A stretch of DNA of 64,000 nucleotides from Octopus sinensis (lineage: Eukaryota), in contig NC_042998.1 of NCBI RefSeq assembly GCF_006345805.1, positions 34,844,001-34,908,000 on the forward strand, given 5' to 3'. The first letter of the stretch is position 1. Each line of letters begins with the position of its first letter. Below the pieces are notes generated by a model. It made no database searches. It was not told the origin of the DNA and worked only from the letters and a program-made list of their open reading frames with translations. Shown one piece after another: positions 13,905 through 26,953 of the stretch. The position numbers and the translations under genes are program-made.

Positions 13905-14330
13905 GTAGGTGTTGCTGTGTGAAAAGAAGCTTGCTTCCCAACCACATGGTTCTGGGATCAGTCGCATTGCATGGCATCTTGGCCAAATGTCTTTTACCGT
14001 AGCCTCTGGTCGATCAAAGCCTTGTGATCGGATTTGGTGGATGGAAACTGAAAGAAGCCCGTCGTATATATATATATATATACACACATATGTGCGTGCG
14101 TATAGGTGTGTGCGTGCGCGTTATTGTGTGTGTGTTTGTCCTCACAATCGCTTGGAAACCGGCATTGGTGTGTTTACGCCCCATAAACTAGCGGCTCGGT
14201 AAGTGAGAGCGATAGAATAACAGGCTTTACAAATTTTAAGTACTGGAGTCGATTGCTAGACAAAAGTTCTTCAAGGTGGTGCTCTAGAATGGGCGCATTG
14301 TAATTGCAAAAACAATTAAATGACAAAAGA
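13905..14330 (+). mobile_element. SINE family B, diverged
   Basis: Homologous to 12284-12686. Confidence 0.75.
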
Positions 14331-15802
14331 TGTGTGTGTATGTGTGTGTGTGTTTAAGCGTGCATATTTGGTAGATTAATAATTAATCAGAAGCGACTTT
14401 ATGTTAAAAGAGTGAAGACGGTGTTGAGGTCAGAAATAATATGATATATTATTATTATTATTATATATTATTTGAAATGAGAATAAAAAGAACTCTTTTT
14501 ACATTGACACTTATTCCACCGAGTGCGATATATGAATCAAATGATGGCATTTATAGTTAAAAATAAGAAGGAACATTTTAACAGGGTTCTTTCTGAAGTA
14601 AAAATAAATAAATATATCTTATATTTTATTCTATTATTCTGGAGTAAAGATAAATAAATAAATCGTCTATTATTCTCTTATATTCCATAATACTTTATTA
14701 TATTATATTATATTATATTATATTATATTATATTATATTATATTATATGAAATGGAAAGATACTATCAGAGGAAGAAATACAAGGGTCAGAAAGAGAAAC
14801 GTGGGCGACTACAACTGAAATATTGAGAGATTTATAATTAGATGCAGAGAAAGATATGAAGAATTACATATAGGAGCATATAAAATGAGGTGGCGAAAAA
14901 GAGAACGCCGTTGGTGGAAGTTAGATAACACTTTATTTATCTGTGAAAAACGATAAGTCCTTAAAATAAATTTCATTTCTTAGGAATATGGAAAGAAAAA
15001 AATAAACAAGTTTCTCTTCACCTATGATATCGATCTAGTACCTCACTTAATATCATTCTATTTATAATTCCATTAGCAACCAACATTTAAGTCCACTATT
15101 TTCTCTGTTTTTAATTTTAAATTTCTTTTTCCACTTTTCCCTCTGATTTTTCTCTGTCTATTTAATACCGCTCTTCTTTGAACTCACGTACAGGTACCGA
15201 ATCTCTTCTGTCGGAGATACGCTCATAATTATTTAATTTAATATAAATTCATTTTGCTTTTTTTACGTATATTTAGAAAACATTATATTCAGACATACAT
15301 TGATGGGATTTGCACCATCTACATCTGGTATAAAGTCTACGAATTTAACTAAGCCGCCATTTGCTTGAAAAGTTCAGTAACTAATTATATATATTATTAT
15401 ATTTATATATATAGGTTTATATATGTTTATGCATGTATTTATGTGTGTGTATGTCTGTGAGTGTGCGTGTAAATATAAATTCATGTATATATTTATAAAT
15501 ATGTACATTTGTATATATATATATATATATGTTTGCAGATACATTTGTATATGCATATATAAATGAATAAAGTGTACATATCTATGGATATATTTATAAT
15601 TACCTGCATATGTACATACGCATATATAATGTGTGTATGTATATATGGTGCATTTGTGCGTGCTTGTATGTATGCGTGCGTCTGTATGTAATTAGTATAC
15701 ATAACCAAGAAGCTACACACAAACACATGTACTGTACCATCACTTACTTTAAAAGCTAGAATATGCTAATGATCAGCATTGTTTCCGTTCGAGTTTATAT
15801 AT

Positions 15803-15877
<75 letters not shown>

Positions 15878-16654
15878 CACTCTTTTAACTAAGATAACTG
15901 TAAGCACATAAATTCTAATTATCGAACTGTAATCATTAAGAAAGTAAATGAAACCGTAAAATTAACTTAATTGAAGACCATTCTAGAAAAAAGTATTTCG
16001 ATTTTAATCATTGATTTATGTAAGAGTAGCTAATAATAAACTGAATGATGATATCCTGTTGTGAGACATGATGGAAATTGTCGATTTAAATGGTGATGTT
16101 CACCACGTTGTAGACATCTTCAATGAAGCCCGAGGTTCTTTGACCAGTCTTTCTCAAGACAACCGTGAAGGATAACTAAAACGATGGGCTGATAAATCGC
16201 TATTTGTCGACGAATGATTGTCGTAGAAATGTCGAACGACATTCAAGACAAATATGTCACAAAACCTAGTGGCATGACCTTCAAAAGTCGTCTAAAGATA
16301 TTTAGGGTCGTAAGACATGTTGCTGCGGATGAAAAAACACACACACGAAAAAAGAAAAAAATACACACGAGTCCTCATTTAAATTGGTCATGATCATAAG
16401 AATTGGACGTTGTCAGACTTTAATACTCTTGTGCTGAGATTAATTTTATTTGTTTGGGACTGCCATTCCTCTATGCGAACTTCGTGCAAGAATAAAATTT
16501 CACTTGGTGCACATAGAAACTACAGTTAATCATAAAGGTGGCAACATCAAAGTGTGTTGTTGCATATACATACATACATACATATATACATACATACATA
16601 CATACATACATCATACATACATACAGTGTGAGAATTTACAAAAAAAAAACAAAA

Positions 16655-16822
16655 CAAAACAAAACAAAAGACGAAGACGGGTGTGTAAACAACAAACAGC
16701 TGTATTAGTTTAACGCTCAGAGAAAGTCTTTTACGTTTCGAGCCTACGCTCTTCGACAGAAAGGAACACAGAAATAAACAGAGAGAGAAAATAGAAAGAT
16801 TTAGTGGCTAGCGATCTATCAT
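16655..16822 (-). mobile_element. Penelope-like terminal repeat fragment with variant hammerhead (16726-16764)
   Basis: Minus strand: cttt-CTGTCGA-A-GAGC-gtag-GCTC-GAAA-CG-TA-aaag. Homologous to 19690-19850. Confidence 0.6.
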
Positions 16823-16835
16823 ATACATACATACA

Positions 16836-16867
<32 letters not shown>

Positions 16868-16873
16868 CATACA

Positions 16874-16904
<31 letters not shown>

Positions 16905-18823
16905 GAATGTATATGTATAGAGATCTATCATACATACATACATATTTTTGTATGTGTATATATTTGGTGTGTACATTCATATATACATAAAGACATATAT
17001 ATATATTTACGTTTGTGTGTAAGTCAATGTAATTTATATTTTCTGTTTACTTTCTGGAATCTGGTTGAAAGAAATACAAAATTGTCCTCCCTGAGCGCAA
17101 TTAAAACTATATTTCGCCAACAACAAAAATAAATATATGTTTGCATTATGTTTATCTCTCTATAATTTTAACATATTTCGTTTATTGCTAACTTTTGTTT
17201 CGGAGTACAATCTTGCTAGTTCTTTTTATCTTCTTTTCTATATCTTATTCTTTTCTTAAAATGTCTATAATTATCTCTATTCGGTTTTGTATTTCTTATT
17301 TTGGCCACTATAATCTATTTCTACGCTAATTTCTAGAATTGTCTTTTCTCATTTATTTTATTCATATAAGTAAACCAATTTGTCTGTTTATATGAGACAT
17401 GTTTGCTGCCTTATTTATTTACAATTTTCTATGAGAAATTGTTGTTGTAATCATACCTGAAGATAGCAAGTATTTATATACATGTGATCCGTATCTTTAT
17501 GCACTGACATGTCTGCCAGCATTAAAGCTATCATCTATATTTTGCTTCCTTGCATATTTTCCTGACTTCTAATATATTCATATATTCAGGTTTGCTATCT
17601 CAATATTGTTTTTTTCATTTTCCGGATTTTATTTTACCCGATGGCACAACTTTTGATTCTCAAATAATTTGGAAATAGTTCTTCGTTTATATAATTCCCT
17701 ATTTTAGTCATTCCTCCTGCCTTGATCATTCACAGGTTCACACATCTGATCATAGGCTTCTTTTTAAATTATTCCTCTTTTTATATAAATCCTGTTCTAA
17801 AAAATTATGTACATTGCCAAAAATAGTTATACAGAAATATATGTGTATTTATTCACACACACACACACGCACACATACATACATACATACATACATACAT
17901 ACATACATACATACATACATACATACATACATACATACATACATACATGCATGCATACATACATACATAAATGCGTGATTATCCCTGGACACAACCATGC
18001 TGTGATTCAACAACCTACAGTTTCCAGGCATTGTTTTGTTATTTGAAGGGAAATTCGAATTTTTCCAAACTACAAGTTATTTTTTCTAGCTATAGACTGC
18101 TATTCACTTTTGTTCAAGATAATTCCAATAAATAATGGCTGATTTCGAAGGACTCAATATTGTTCTTTGTGGCGTAACGGAATTTCACTTTTGGTTTGTG
18201 ATGAGCACGCTTACAGAAAACTAATTCCCTTCAGAACAACTCTTTCGGAAACTTGAAATCATTAAGACAGATGCCATGACTATCACATCGAATATGATAT
18301 TTGTTGAGGCAAATTTCTATACTGTGACAGCCTTCATTTTTCCAACACCTTCCTTGGTATGTGTAAAAAAGTAATTCGATGACAGCAACTCAAAAACATA
18401 TGAACGGTTATACACGAGTCATAAATTACAAAAACAATTGCTCAATCCTAATTTAGCTAAAAAGGAACGGTTGAAGACAAAGGAATTATTGAAGTTTCAG
18501 AAATCAATTTCACAAACATAACTAAGAGCATTAAAGAACAAGTGGTGATTGAGTATATTCACAGATATTCACCTGACCGTTGACAAAAAGGACAAAAGAA
18601 TATACAGCTTGTTAAACATATACTTGGTCCTCTTCAATGAGGTACTGCTGGAATGATTCACCATTTCCACAGCACTGATTCACCATTTCCACTGAAGAAA
18701 TGGTATATTTATTTCTCTGTGTAACGGGAAAACGTGCCAATGTTTACACGCGTTAATTCTCGTGATACTCTCATACTAGTCACTGTTGGTAAGATATTTG
18801 TCAAATTTTGATTCAAAGGTTTG

Positions 18824-19665
18824 CATATATCCAAAAACCAGTACTTCCGAATTCAAACAGACGAATGAGATCTCGTATTCCTCCTCAATCACCCACGTGT
18901 GCCAACGAGTAAATTCCACAGAAACTGCCGTTTATTATCAGGGAGAGAATTATATTATCAATAATGATAATAAAGGGTAAAATTAATTAATCAATTAATA
19001 ATTAATAATTTTACCAAGTAGTTTGGTATGTTAAAAGAACCATTATAAGTAAACTTATACAAAAATTCCATAATCATGAGCATAATTATAATTAGGTTTC
19101 AGCAAAATTTGCTTCACCACATACCGAAATATAGAAATAGCAGTTTAAATACTATTCTACTACCATAAGGTATCTTCCAGACAGCAATATTCAATAACTC
19201 AATAACCCTAATAGTAAACTGCAGTTTATGCGGAATTTACTCGTTGGAACACGTGGGAGATTGGAGAGGAATACGAGATCTCATTCGTCTGTTTAAATTC
19301 GGAAGTACTGGTTTTTGGATATATGTTGTTTGATGGCGCTTGGTCGAATACGTATGTTAATTATCAGTGCTCTCAAATTTAAAATTTGAATTACTGTACT
19401 GACGAAGGGAATGAGTGAGTAGAAATATGATTTTACATTTTTTACATCTCTCTAACCCCAAAACGCGTATACAGTTAATCAAAGCCATGTGGATTCGTTA
19501 TTTTTCCTCTTTACCTGCGTGAGTTATTGAGTATTACTGTCTTGGAAATACCTTATGGAGGGAGAATAGTGTTTTAACTGCTATTTCTAAATTTCGGCAT
19601 GCGGTGAAGCAAATTTTGCTGAAACCTAATTATAATTATGCTCATAATTATGGAATTTTTGTGTA
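18824..19665. mobile_element. Interleaved inverted repeats with hammerhead (19393-19475); Penelope-like terminal repeat family
   Basis: A 18824-18943 / A' 19205-19325 and B 19057-19200 / B' 19521-19665. actgta-CTGACGA...AAAA-CGCG-TA-tacagt. Confidence 0.7.
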
Positions 19666-19689
19666 TATATATATATATACATACATATA

Positions 19690-20195
19690 GGGAGAATTCA
19701 CAAAACAAAAACAAAAGACGAATGTATTAGTTTAACGCTCGGGAAGTGAAAAAGTCTTTAACGTTTCGAACCTATGCTCGTCCACAGACAGGAACACAGA
19801 AAGAAACAAGGAGAGCAAATGAAATATGTGTACTGGCTAGCGATCTATCATGGCGAATGCCGGATAGAAGGGTCACACAGGAGGGCTAGGGAGAAAGGAA
19901 GATAATAAAGTAGGGATGATCCCAAAACGAAGGTGCGCATGCGTGTGTATAAGAGATCATGTATGTGCGTGTGGAAAAGGGCTGGTGACCTTGATATGTG
20001 TAGGTGTGTGGATGTGGGGCTGGGAAGTGGTCAGTGCTAGTGTGTGTGTGGTGGTGTGATGTGATGTGGTGTTGTGTGGTATGGTGGTGTATAGTATAGT
20101 GATGTGTGGTGTGGTGTGATGGTGTTGGGAGGTCGGGGAGGTGAAAGTGGGGAAAGCAAGGGTGAGGCGTGGAGAGTGGGGTAGAGGTAGTGTTT
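19690..20195 (-). mobile_element. Longer copy of the 16.7-kb family, variant hammerhead at 19754-19792
   Basis: Minus strand: CTGTGGA-C-GAGC-atag-GTTC-GAAA-CG-TT-aaag, with shared flanks. Extent beyond ~19850 is inferred. Confidence 0.55.
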
Positions 20196-21061
20196 ATATA
20201 TATAATATATATATAATATATATATAAATAAACTTAGACATATTACATATACTTAAGTAAATATATGTATAATATATAAGATGAACAAGAATACACGCGC
20301 GCATACACAGACACTCAGAGACCCCCCCCCCCACACAAACATATATACACACTCACATATATACACATATTGTGCGTACTTATTTAATTATCGCTTGAAA
20401 GAGATTTACACTACGAAATAATAATCATCTAAATGGGCGGGTTATAAAAATTAATTAAATATATTTCAAGTCGTATCAGTGAGTGATTTTAGCCACGTTC
20501 TTAGTCTTCACGATACAATCGCAAAATTGTCTGCAACTGATGAGCCGCAGGCAAAACCATATTGTTATCATGTGTTGCTTTCATCAGCTTCTTATCAACA
20601 CATTCATTCTATGAACTTATAGCATTGAGTAGGCTTTCATTGCAAATAAAAACAACTGACCCTACCTGGATACATAACCTCTTGGTAAACATAAATGCAT
20701 AAATTCATACACACACACATACACAACACAAACAACATTACTTGAGATCGAAATGAGAAGGAGATAGACAGCCGACAACTGATGTATACATATATATATA
20801 TTTCTACTTTAATGACGACTATGATTTGCAAGCAATGTCACTTCGAAAGATGTGATCACAAAGAGACTACAGCACCTGGAAATAGTGGAGTTTCGTGATC
20901 GCTTGAGTTCGATAAATGGAGACAGAAACAAAAGTGAAGAAGCTCATTCAATGGGTGAATAAAAGTATTCTACATTGGGGATTGGTTGTTAAATGCAAAT
21001 AAATTTATGTAATAAATACTTGACAACTAACATTATTTCATATTTATTTATTTTCAGTTTT

Positions 21062-21183
21062 TTTCTTTGTAAGCCTAGAACTAATTCTATCGGTCTGTTT
21101 TGCTGAAACGTTAAGTTACGGGGACGTAAACACACCAGCATCGGTTGTCAAACGATGTTAGGAGGACAAACACAGACACACAA

Positions 21184-21215
<32 letters not shown>

Positions 21216-21398
21216 GTATACATATACATATATACGACGGGTTTCTTTCAGTCTCCGTCTACCAAATCCACTCACAAGGCTTTGATCGACCCGAGGCTAT
21301 AGTAGAAGACACTTGCCCAAGGTGCCACGCAGTGGGACTGACCCCCGGAACCATGTGGTTGGTAAGCAAGCTACTTACCACACAGCCATTCCTGCGCC
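21062..21398 (-). mobile_element. SINE family B
   Basis: Homologous to 12284-12686. Confidence 0.85.
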
Positions 21399-21487
<89 letters not shown>

Positions 21488-21625
21488 AGAAAATAGTAAA
21501 GTGTGAAAAAACGACAGAAGGCTTAAATGTTAAAAAATATATATATTTGTGTCAAAATGTCTGGAGAATATTGGAAAAATTTTTTTTCCCTTTCCTTAAA
21601 ATGACATAATTTTAAAATTTTTAAA

Positions 21626-21661
21626 GAAATTACCGGTTTCGCGTGTAGCTTTTCAAATTTC
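21626..21661 (-). ncRNA. Degenerate hammerhead downstream of the GIY-YIG ORF
   Basis: aaat-TTGAAAA-GC-tacac-GC-GAAA-CCGG-TA-attt. Core positions C3 and G8 are altered. Confidence 0.45.
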
Positions 21662-21799
21662 TTGTGACGTTATGTTTATATTGCATGGAGTTATCGTTGT
21701 GTTTATTTCCAGGAGATTTCTAAATAAGGGGAGGTAGTGAGTGATTTCTTCCGGTGTAAGGGAGATAATCGCTTAAAAATTTTTTTTCCCTTTTCCTTG

Positions 21800-22288
21800 T
21801 TAATTTCTCTGTGTCAGTATGTTCGGATGGTTGAGTCTGGGTTTGTACTTTTCAATGAAGAATGTTTCCTTGTTCAGTCTCATTTGTGTTGATGATCCGA
21901 AAGCACATTGGTAAAATGGGAAGATTAAAAATTGTGGCAGTAGTTGCTTTGCGCATTTCTCAATGTGCTCACTAAAAGGTATCATTCTATATTCTGGGAA
22001 TGCAATCTGTTGTCGATGCAGTGTGCATCTACGCCTGAGTGATAGTCCCGTGGAACCCACGTAGTCTTGGTGGCAGCCCGAGCATTTAATAACATAAATT
22101 ATGTTTTCAGAGGCACAAGTAAAGTTAGATTTGATCTTGAATTTCTGTCCCTCTTTAAAGAAGAATTCTGATCCTTCCAATAGGTTAGGACATGTTGCAC
22201 AGTTCGATCTACCACATTTTTTTACTTTTGCATCCGTAATTTTAGAAGACAATTTTGAAGAAAAAAATAATCCGCTGTGGGAAGCCAT
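21800..22288 (-). mobile_element. Penelope-like element 3' end: GIY-YIG endonuclease domain, 5'-truncated
   Basis: KCGRSNCATC zinc motif, FTCASENIIYVIKCSGCHQDYVGSTG (GIY-YIG), RxxxH, and E..FIEKY...LN. Confidence 0.88.
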
Positions 22289-22309
22289 TAACGGGTACTA
22301 ATCCTCAAC

Positions 22310-22640
22310 GAGAAGCGATTCGAGGGGACAAAAAAGTCACAGACTCTGAGATTGCGGCACAAGGAGGCTGTGATTAGAATACATTACAGAAGACGTTGGA
22401 AGGTTTCGGGTACCGAAAGTGTGTGTAACGCGCCTACATCAGCGGCTAACATCCGATTTGAAGGAAAGGAGACCAGAAGCCTGTTCCGATTTGTTAAAAG
22501 AGTTTAAAGAGCCATTTTTGCGATGAGGTAACAGTGGACGGAATTTGACGCTTTTTTTATGATCCAGAAACGAAGACTATCTATGGAATTGTGTCGCACC
22601 TCTTTTACGTTCATGAAGTTCAAGAATCAGAGATTGACAA
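22310..22640 (+). pseudogene. Decayed mariner transposase fragment
   Basis: GYRK..., RLTSDLKERRPEACSDLL and VTVDGI*RFFYDPETK resemble IVTGDETWxxxYDPETK. Confidence 0.6.
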
Positions 22641-22899
22641 AAAACAAAACAAAAAAATTAAAAAAAGGTGACCGTGAATGTTTTTGAGGATGAAAAGAAC
22701 GTCATTATCTGTCCACCATTGTTTGGAACATTGCTGTGCCGTGAACAGCAATCAGTACTTAGTGATAATCAAAAAGCCAGTGAAGTCACTTGGAGAAAGA
22801 GACAAAGCAAGAACCTAAAAACGATCCACAATGCGTGAATACACACATCTCTGGTAATAAATCGGACAATCGGCAAATTATGTTGGTCAGTATTTCATC

Positions 22900-23330
22900 A
22901 TCGTAGAGCCTAGATCCATGGCCCTTCTACTTCTCCCTGTTGAAGGAGAGCTGTCAGAGATGATGACACAGATGACAAAATTTTATGACACAAATGAAGT
23001 AAAAGTGTTGTGAACACCTGAACTTTTTCAAATAAGTTTCGTCCACATTGGTAGACAAAATAAGTTGGTCCCCAATGATGTAAATGTACTTCGTAGCATG
23101 GGAACTATGTTGAGAATTATTCTTTCGATGGAGAAAGATCCACCCCAGCAATATATATGCAATATGAACGGCAAATGTCCTTTCATAAAAGGAAAAAGCT
23201 GTGCTACCTTTGCACTACTTTCGGTAAACACCTCGTATTTGTGGAGTTTCAGCTAACAATAAACTTTTTCCATTTACCTTCAGCATTGAGAATTATCATT
23301 TCTTCAGTTTCACACTGTTGTTTCCCCTTT
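22900..23330 (-). pseudogene. Possible decayed piggyBac-like transposase fragment
   Basis: YIAGVDL resembles the YMGGVD motif. Heavily frameshifted, by eye only. Confidence 0.3.
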
Positions 23331-23481
23331 CGATATATATGTATGCATGTATGTATGCATTTCAGTAGGTAGGAATATATTTACATACATACATACATGC
23401 ATACATACATACATACATACATACATACATACATACATACATACATACATTCTTACAAATATACTTTCATACATACATACA

Positions 23482-23670
23482 TGACTTTCGGAAACAATTT
23501 TTCACGCTCAGAGTTGCTGAAGCATGGAATAAACTGCCTGCGTCAGTTGTTGACTGCCATGACACTGCATCTTTTAAGGACCTCATGCTTTCCGAAATCC
23601 GCCGAAACTTCACCTGATTATATATACACTTTAGATGAGTTGTAGTGCACCTGAGCACTGTACACAATAT
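23482..23670 (+). mobile_element. CR1/L2-clade LINE 3' end
   Basis: DFRKQFFTLRVAEAWNKLPASVVDCHDTASFK matches the CR1 ORF2 C-terminal motif. ATT-repeat tail. Confidence 0.75.
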
Positions 23671-23787
23671 TATTATTATTATTATTATTATATTATTATT
23701 ATTATATTATTATTATATTATTATTATTATACACATATCTACATATATTCAGAAATATAAACACGTATATATATATATATATATTAT

Positions 23788-23844
<57 letters not shown>

Positions 23845-24144
23845 ACACACACTCCTACACACACACACACACTTACACACAAATATAATTACATAGAACA
23901 TAGAAAATATACAGGATAGTAAGAAGGGAACACATAACTTCGTAATTCGATAGCTGTTCCAGGACGCTCGGAGTTATGTAATAATAATCGTAATGTTTAT
24001 AATTTATAGATGAAATATATAAAAAAGTCTCGGGAATGCAACCATTAAACAGTCAAACAGAGATATTACAATAAGTTCGGCTTCCTTCAACAAGGGAAAT
24101 TTAGCAAAAGCAGTTCATATAGTGGAACAAGAGGAAATGCTCAT

Positions 24145-24363
24145 AAGGGCCGGATTCCCGGTTTCGGTGGCAATTAAATTCTCCTCACGCGGAGAGACGC
24201 CGATAGGTCGCAGGGTTAGCAATTTTTGCCAGCTGAGTGGACTGGAGCAACGTGAAATGCAGTGTTTTGCTCAAGAACACACCGCATCGCCCGGTCCAGG
24301 AATCGAATCCACAATCTTACGATCATGAGTCCAACACGCTAACCACTAAGCCACGCGTCTCCA
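24145..24363 (-). mobile_element. SINE family C-like
   Basis: Head tggcttagtggttag...gattcgattcc and tgttcttgagcaaaacac...ccagtccactcagctgg core. Confidence 0.75.
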
Positions 24364-24465
24364 CGTTCATATAGTAGTGCCAGAAATTAAACGGCTGAAG
24401 AGAGCGATGAGGAAAAGTAAATAAGGCGGGGAGAGGGTTAAGATTCTATGTGACGTAGGGCATAG

Positions 24466-24499
<34 letters not shown>

Positions 24500-25530
24500 A
24501 TAATCCGGCAAACCTTAATACGTTGATCGTTTCTCACAGCCAAAGAAAAAGAAATGAATGAATCACGGTTAATAAGAATTTCGCCGAACTTAAATTCCAG
24601 TCAACTCACTTCTGTACGAGCGATTACTTCCCTAAGCTAGAAATCCATAATACACCAAGATAAAGCATGTGAGAAAATGCTTCGTGCCGTATTCTAAATT
24701 GTATCACATCAAAACAAATATCAATTGGTAAGGGATGGAATGACTGTCATCATTCGTTATGTTCGGTTATTTAAGGCACTTTACAAATAAATTAAAGCAG
24801 TAAGGACATTATCAGTACAAATATTTAGTAATGCGTCCGCTAGAATGGTAAAGATGCTCACTTGTGGACGCATCATTTGATGTTCATTATTTACGCATGA
24901 ATTCTTTTGTAGAATTCAGTTGGAAGTTATCTTTCATCTTTGAAGTGTTTTGTTAAAGTGATTCAATTTGAATAGATTCTTAATAGTTGTAAATATGATT
25001 TCTAGCAAACAGAAACGCTTCAGGTTTTCGTTGAGGAGCCCAATTAATTTAATCGACACTCCGAATTTTATTCAGTTCGGTTTGAGTAAAGGTGAAGTCG
25101 ACGCCTTTCTAGAAGGTGCTAACTAAACACTAGTAAACCACTGTGTCAGATGTTATATCTGCCTCGCTCTATTTTTCACCTTACTCATTACCAGGTATTT
25201 TAAACTGCTTCTTAGCAGTCAACGTAAAATGAAATGATTCCAATGAACAATGAAACAAAGGCAGACTCCGTTCGTCAGGTACTTAATGTTACCCTATTGT
25301 GTCTATCCGTCATACAAGAAATGTATTAGGGGAGAAGAAAGGCGGGAAATCATGATATAAAGGCCAGCTTCATAATGTTTGATATAAAAATTCCTGGGAC
25401 TTGCATTAGTGGTCCTACCTGTTTAAAATTTTACCTGAAGATGGTGGATTTATGCTATGAGGTAATCAATGAATAAATCAGTTCAGTTCTATCGGAACGT
25501 TAGGCGTAAACCTTTGAACCCCGTTTGTGT

Positions 25531-25608
<78 letters not shown>

Positions 25609-25707
25609 AATCGATTGGTTGCAAGACACTACGAGAACAGTAAAAATCAAGGACCTGGAAGATAAAATGGAGATGCTTAAGTGTCTGATAAAATGCTTTG
25701 TGGTATT

Positions 25708-26075
25708 TGTTGCGTGGTAAAGCACTTACTTCCCAACCACATAATTCCGGGATCAGTCACACTGCGAGGTGCCTTCAGCAGGTGTCTCCTACTATAGCCC
25801 TTGGCCGACCAAAGCCTTGTGAATGAATCAGGTAGATGGAAACTTAAAGAAGCTTGTCGTATATATGTATATGTTTACATTTATGTGTTTGTGTATATGT
25901 TTGTCCCTCATCACCGCTTGACGACCGTTGTTGGTTTGTTTACGTTCCCGTAACTTAACAGTTTGGCTAAAGAAACCGAAAGAATAAGTACCAGGCTTAA
26001 AAAGAAAGTATGTCCTGGGCTCCATTCCTACGACTAGAATCCTTCGAATCAGTACCCCAACATATTACTGAAACA
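25708..26075 (+). mobile_element. SINE family B, diverged
   Basis: Homologous to 12284-12686. Confidence 0.75.
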
Positions 26076-26953
26076 AAAACAGGTTAAGAAAACAAAGATC
26101 CAAGTTCAAATCCTACTGAGATTGGGTTTGCCTTACAGCCCTCAGGTGTCGATAAATATGAACAATCTAGGAAAATGGAGGAGGGGGATGTTAGAGAACT
26201 GCTGCGTGATACTTGTTCCGCTTCACTGCTTGCTGCGTTCAAATCCCGCCGTGGTCTACTTAGGCGGTAAACATAATCCGCCGCTAAATTTCCCCCCACC
26301 AACTGACCCTTTGAGTACCATTAGCAGACTTCATTCTCTCGCAAATATAGGTGCCAGATTTCATTTTAAGGATATCTTTATCTTCGCCCCCACCCCCATC
26401 TGTTCCAAACACTGACACTCCTCGTACCCAACTACCATTCCATTACATCTACCCGTTTTCCAATATCTCTTTTCTGGTATTATTTTTTTTCGTCAGTGGA
26501 GTCCTCATCTTCATTATCGCATTCTGAGATGATTTTCAATTTACGTGTAAAATTTGGAAACTATTACTTAAGAAATGGTGACAACGTTTCAAGACAAACA
26601 TCTGAGTTTACAGATATAGATTACAGAATGCTGGAAGAGTGACAAGAAGAAAATTAATAGTGTTAACGACTAAATCATTATATTACACACAACAACGACA
26701 CTTCATTATATGTTTTATAAGTCATTTTAAACTACCGCTCATTAATTTTTGTAAAATTTACAAGTACACAAGAAAGTGGAATCATTCGATAATGTTAGTT
26801 AAGCGTGAACATGGAAAATTCTAAATATCCTTTTATCCATTATTCATTATTTTATTCGAAGGAATAAGTGTTGCGTATATGGCCACACACACACACATAC
26901 ACATACACATTCACGCACGCATACACACACACATATACTCACTCACATATATA

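Noticed and set aside
20120-20190. G-run cluster (possible G-quadruplex)
   Set aside because: Low-complexity part of a repeat, with no evidence of function.
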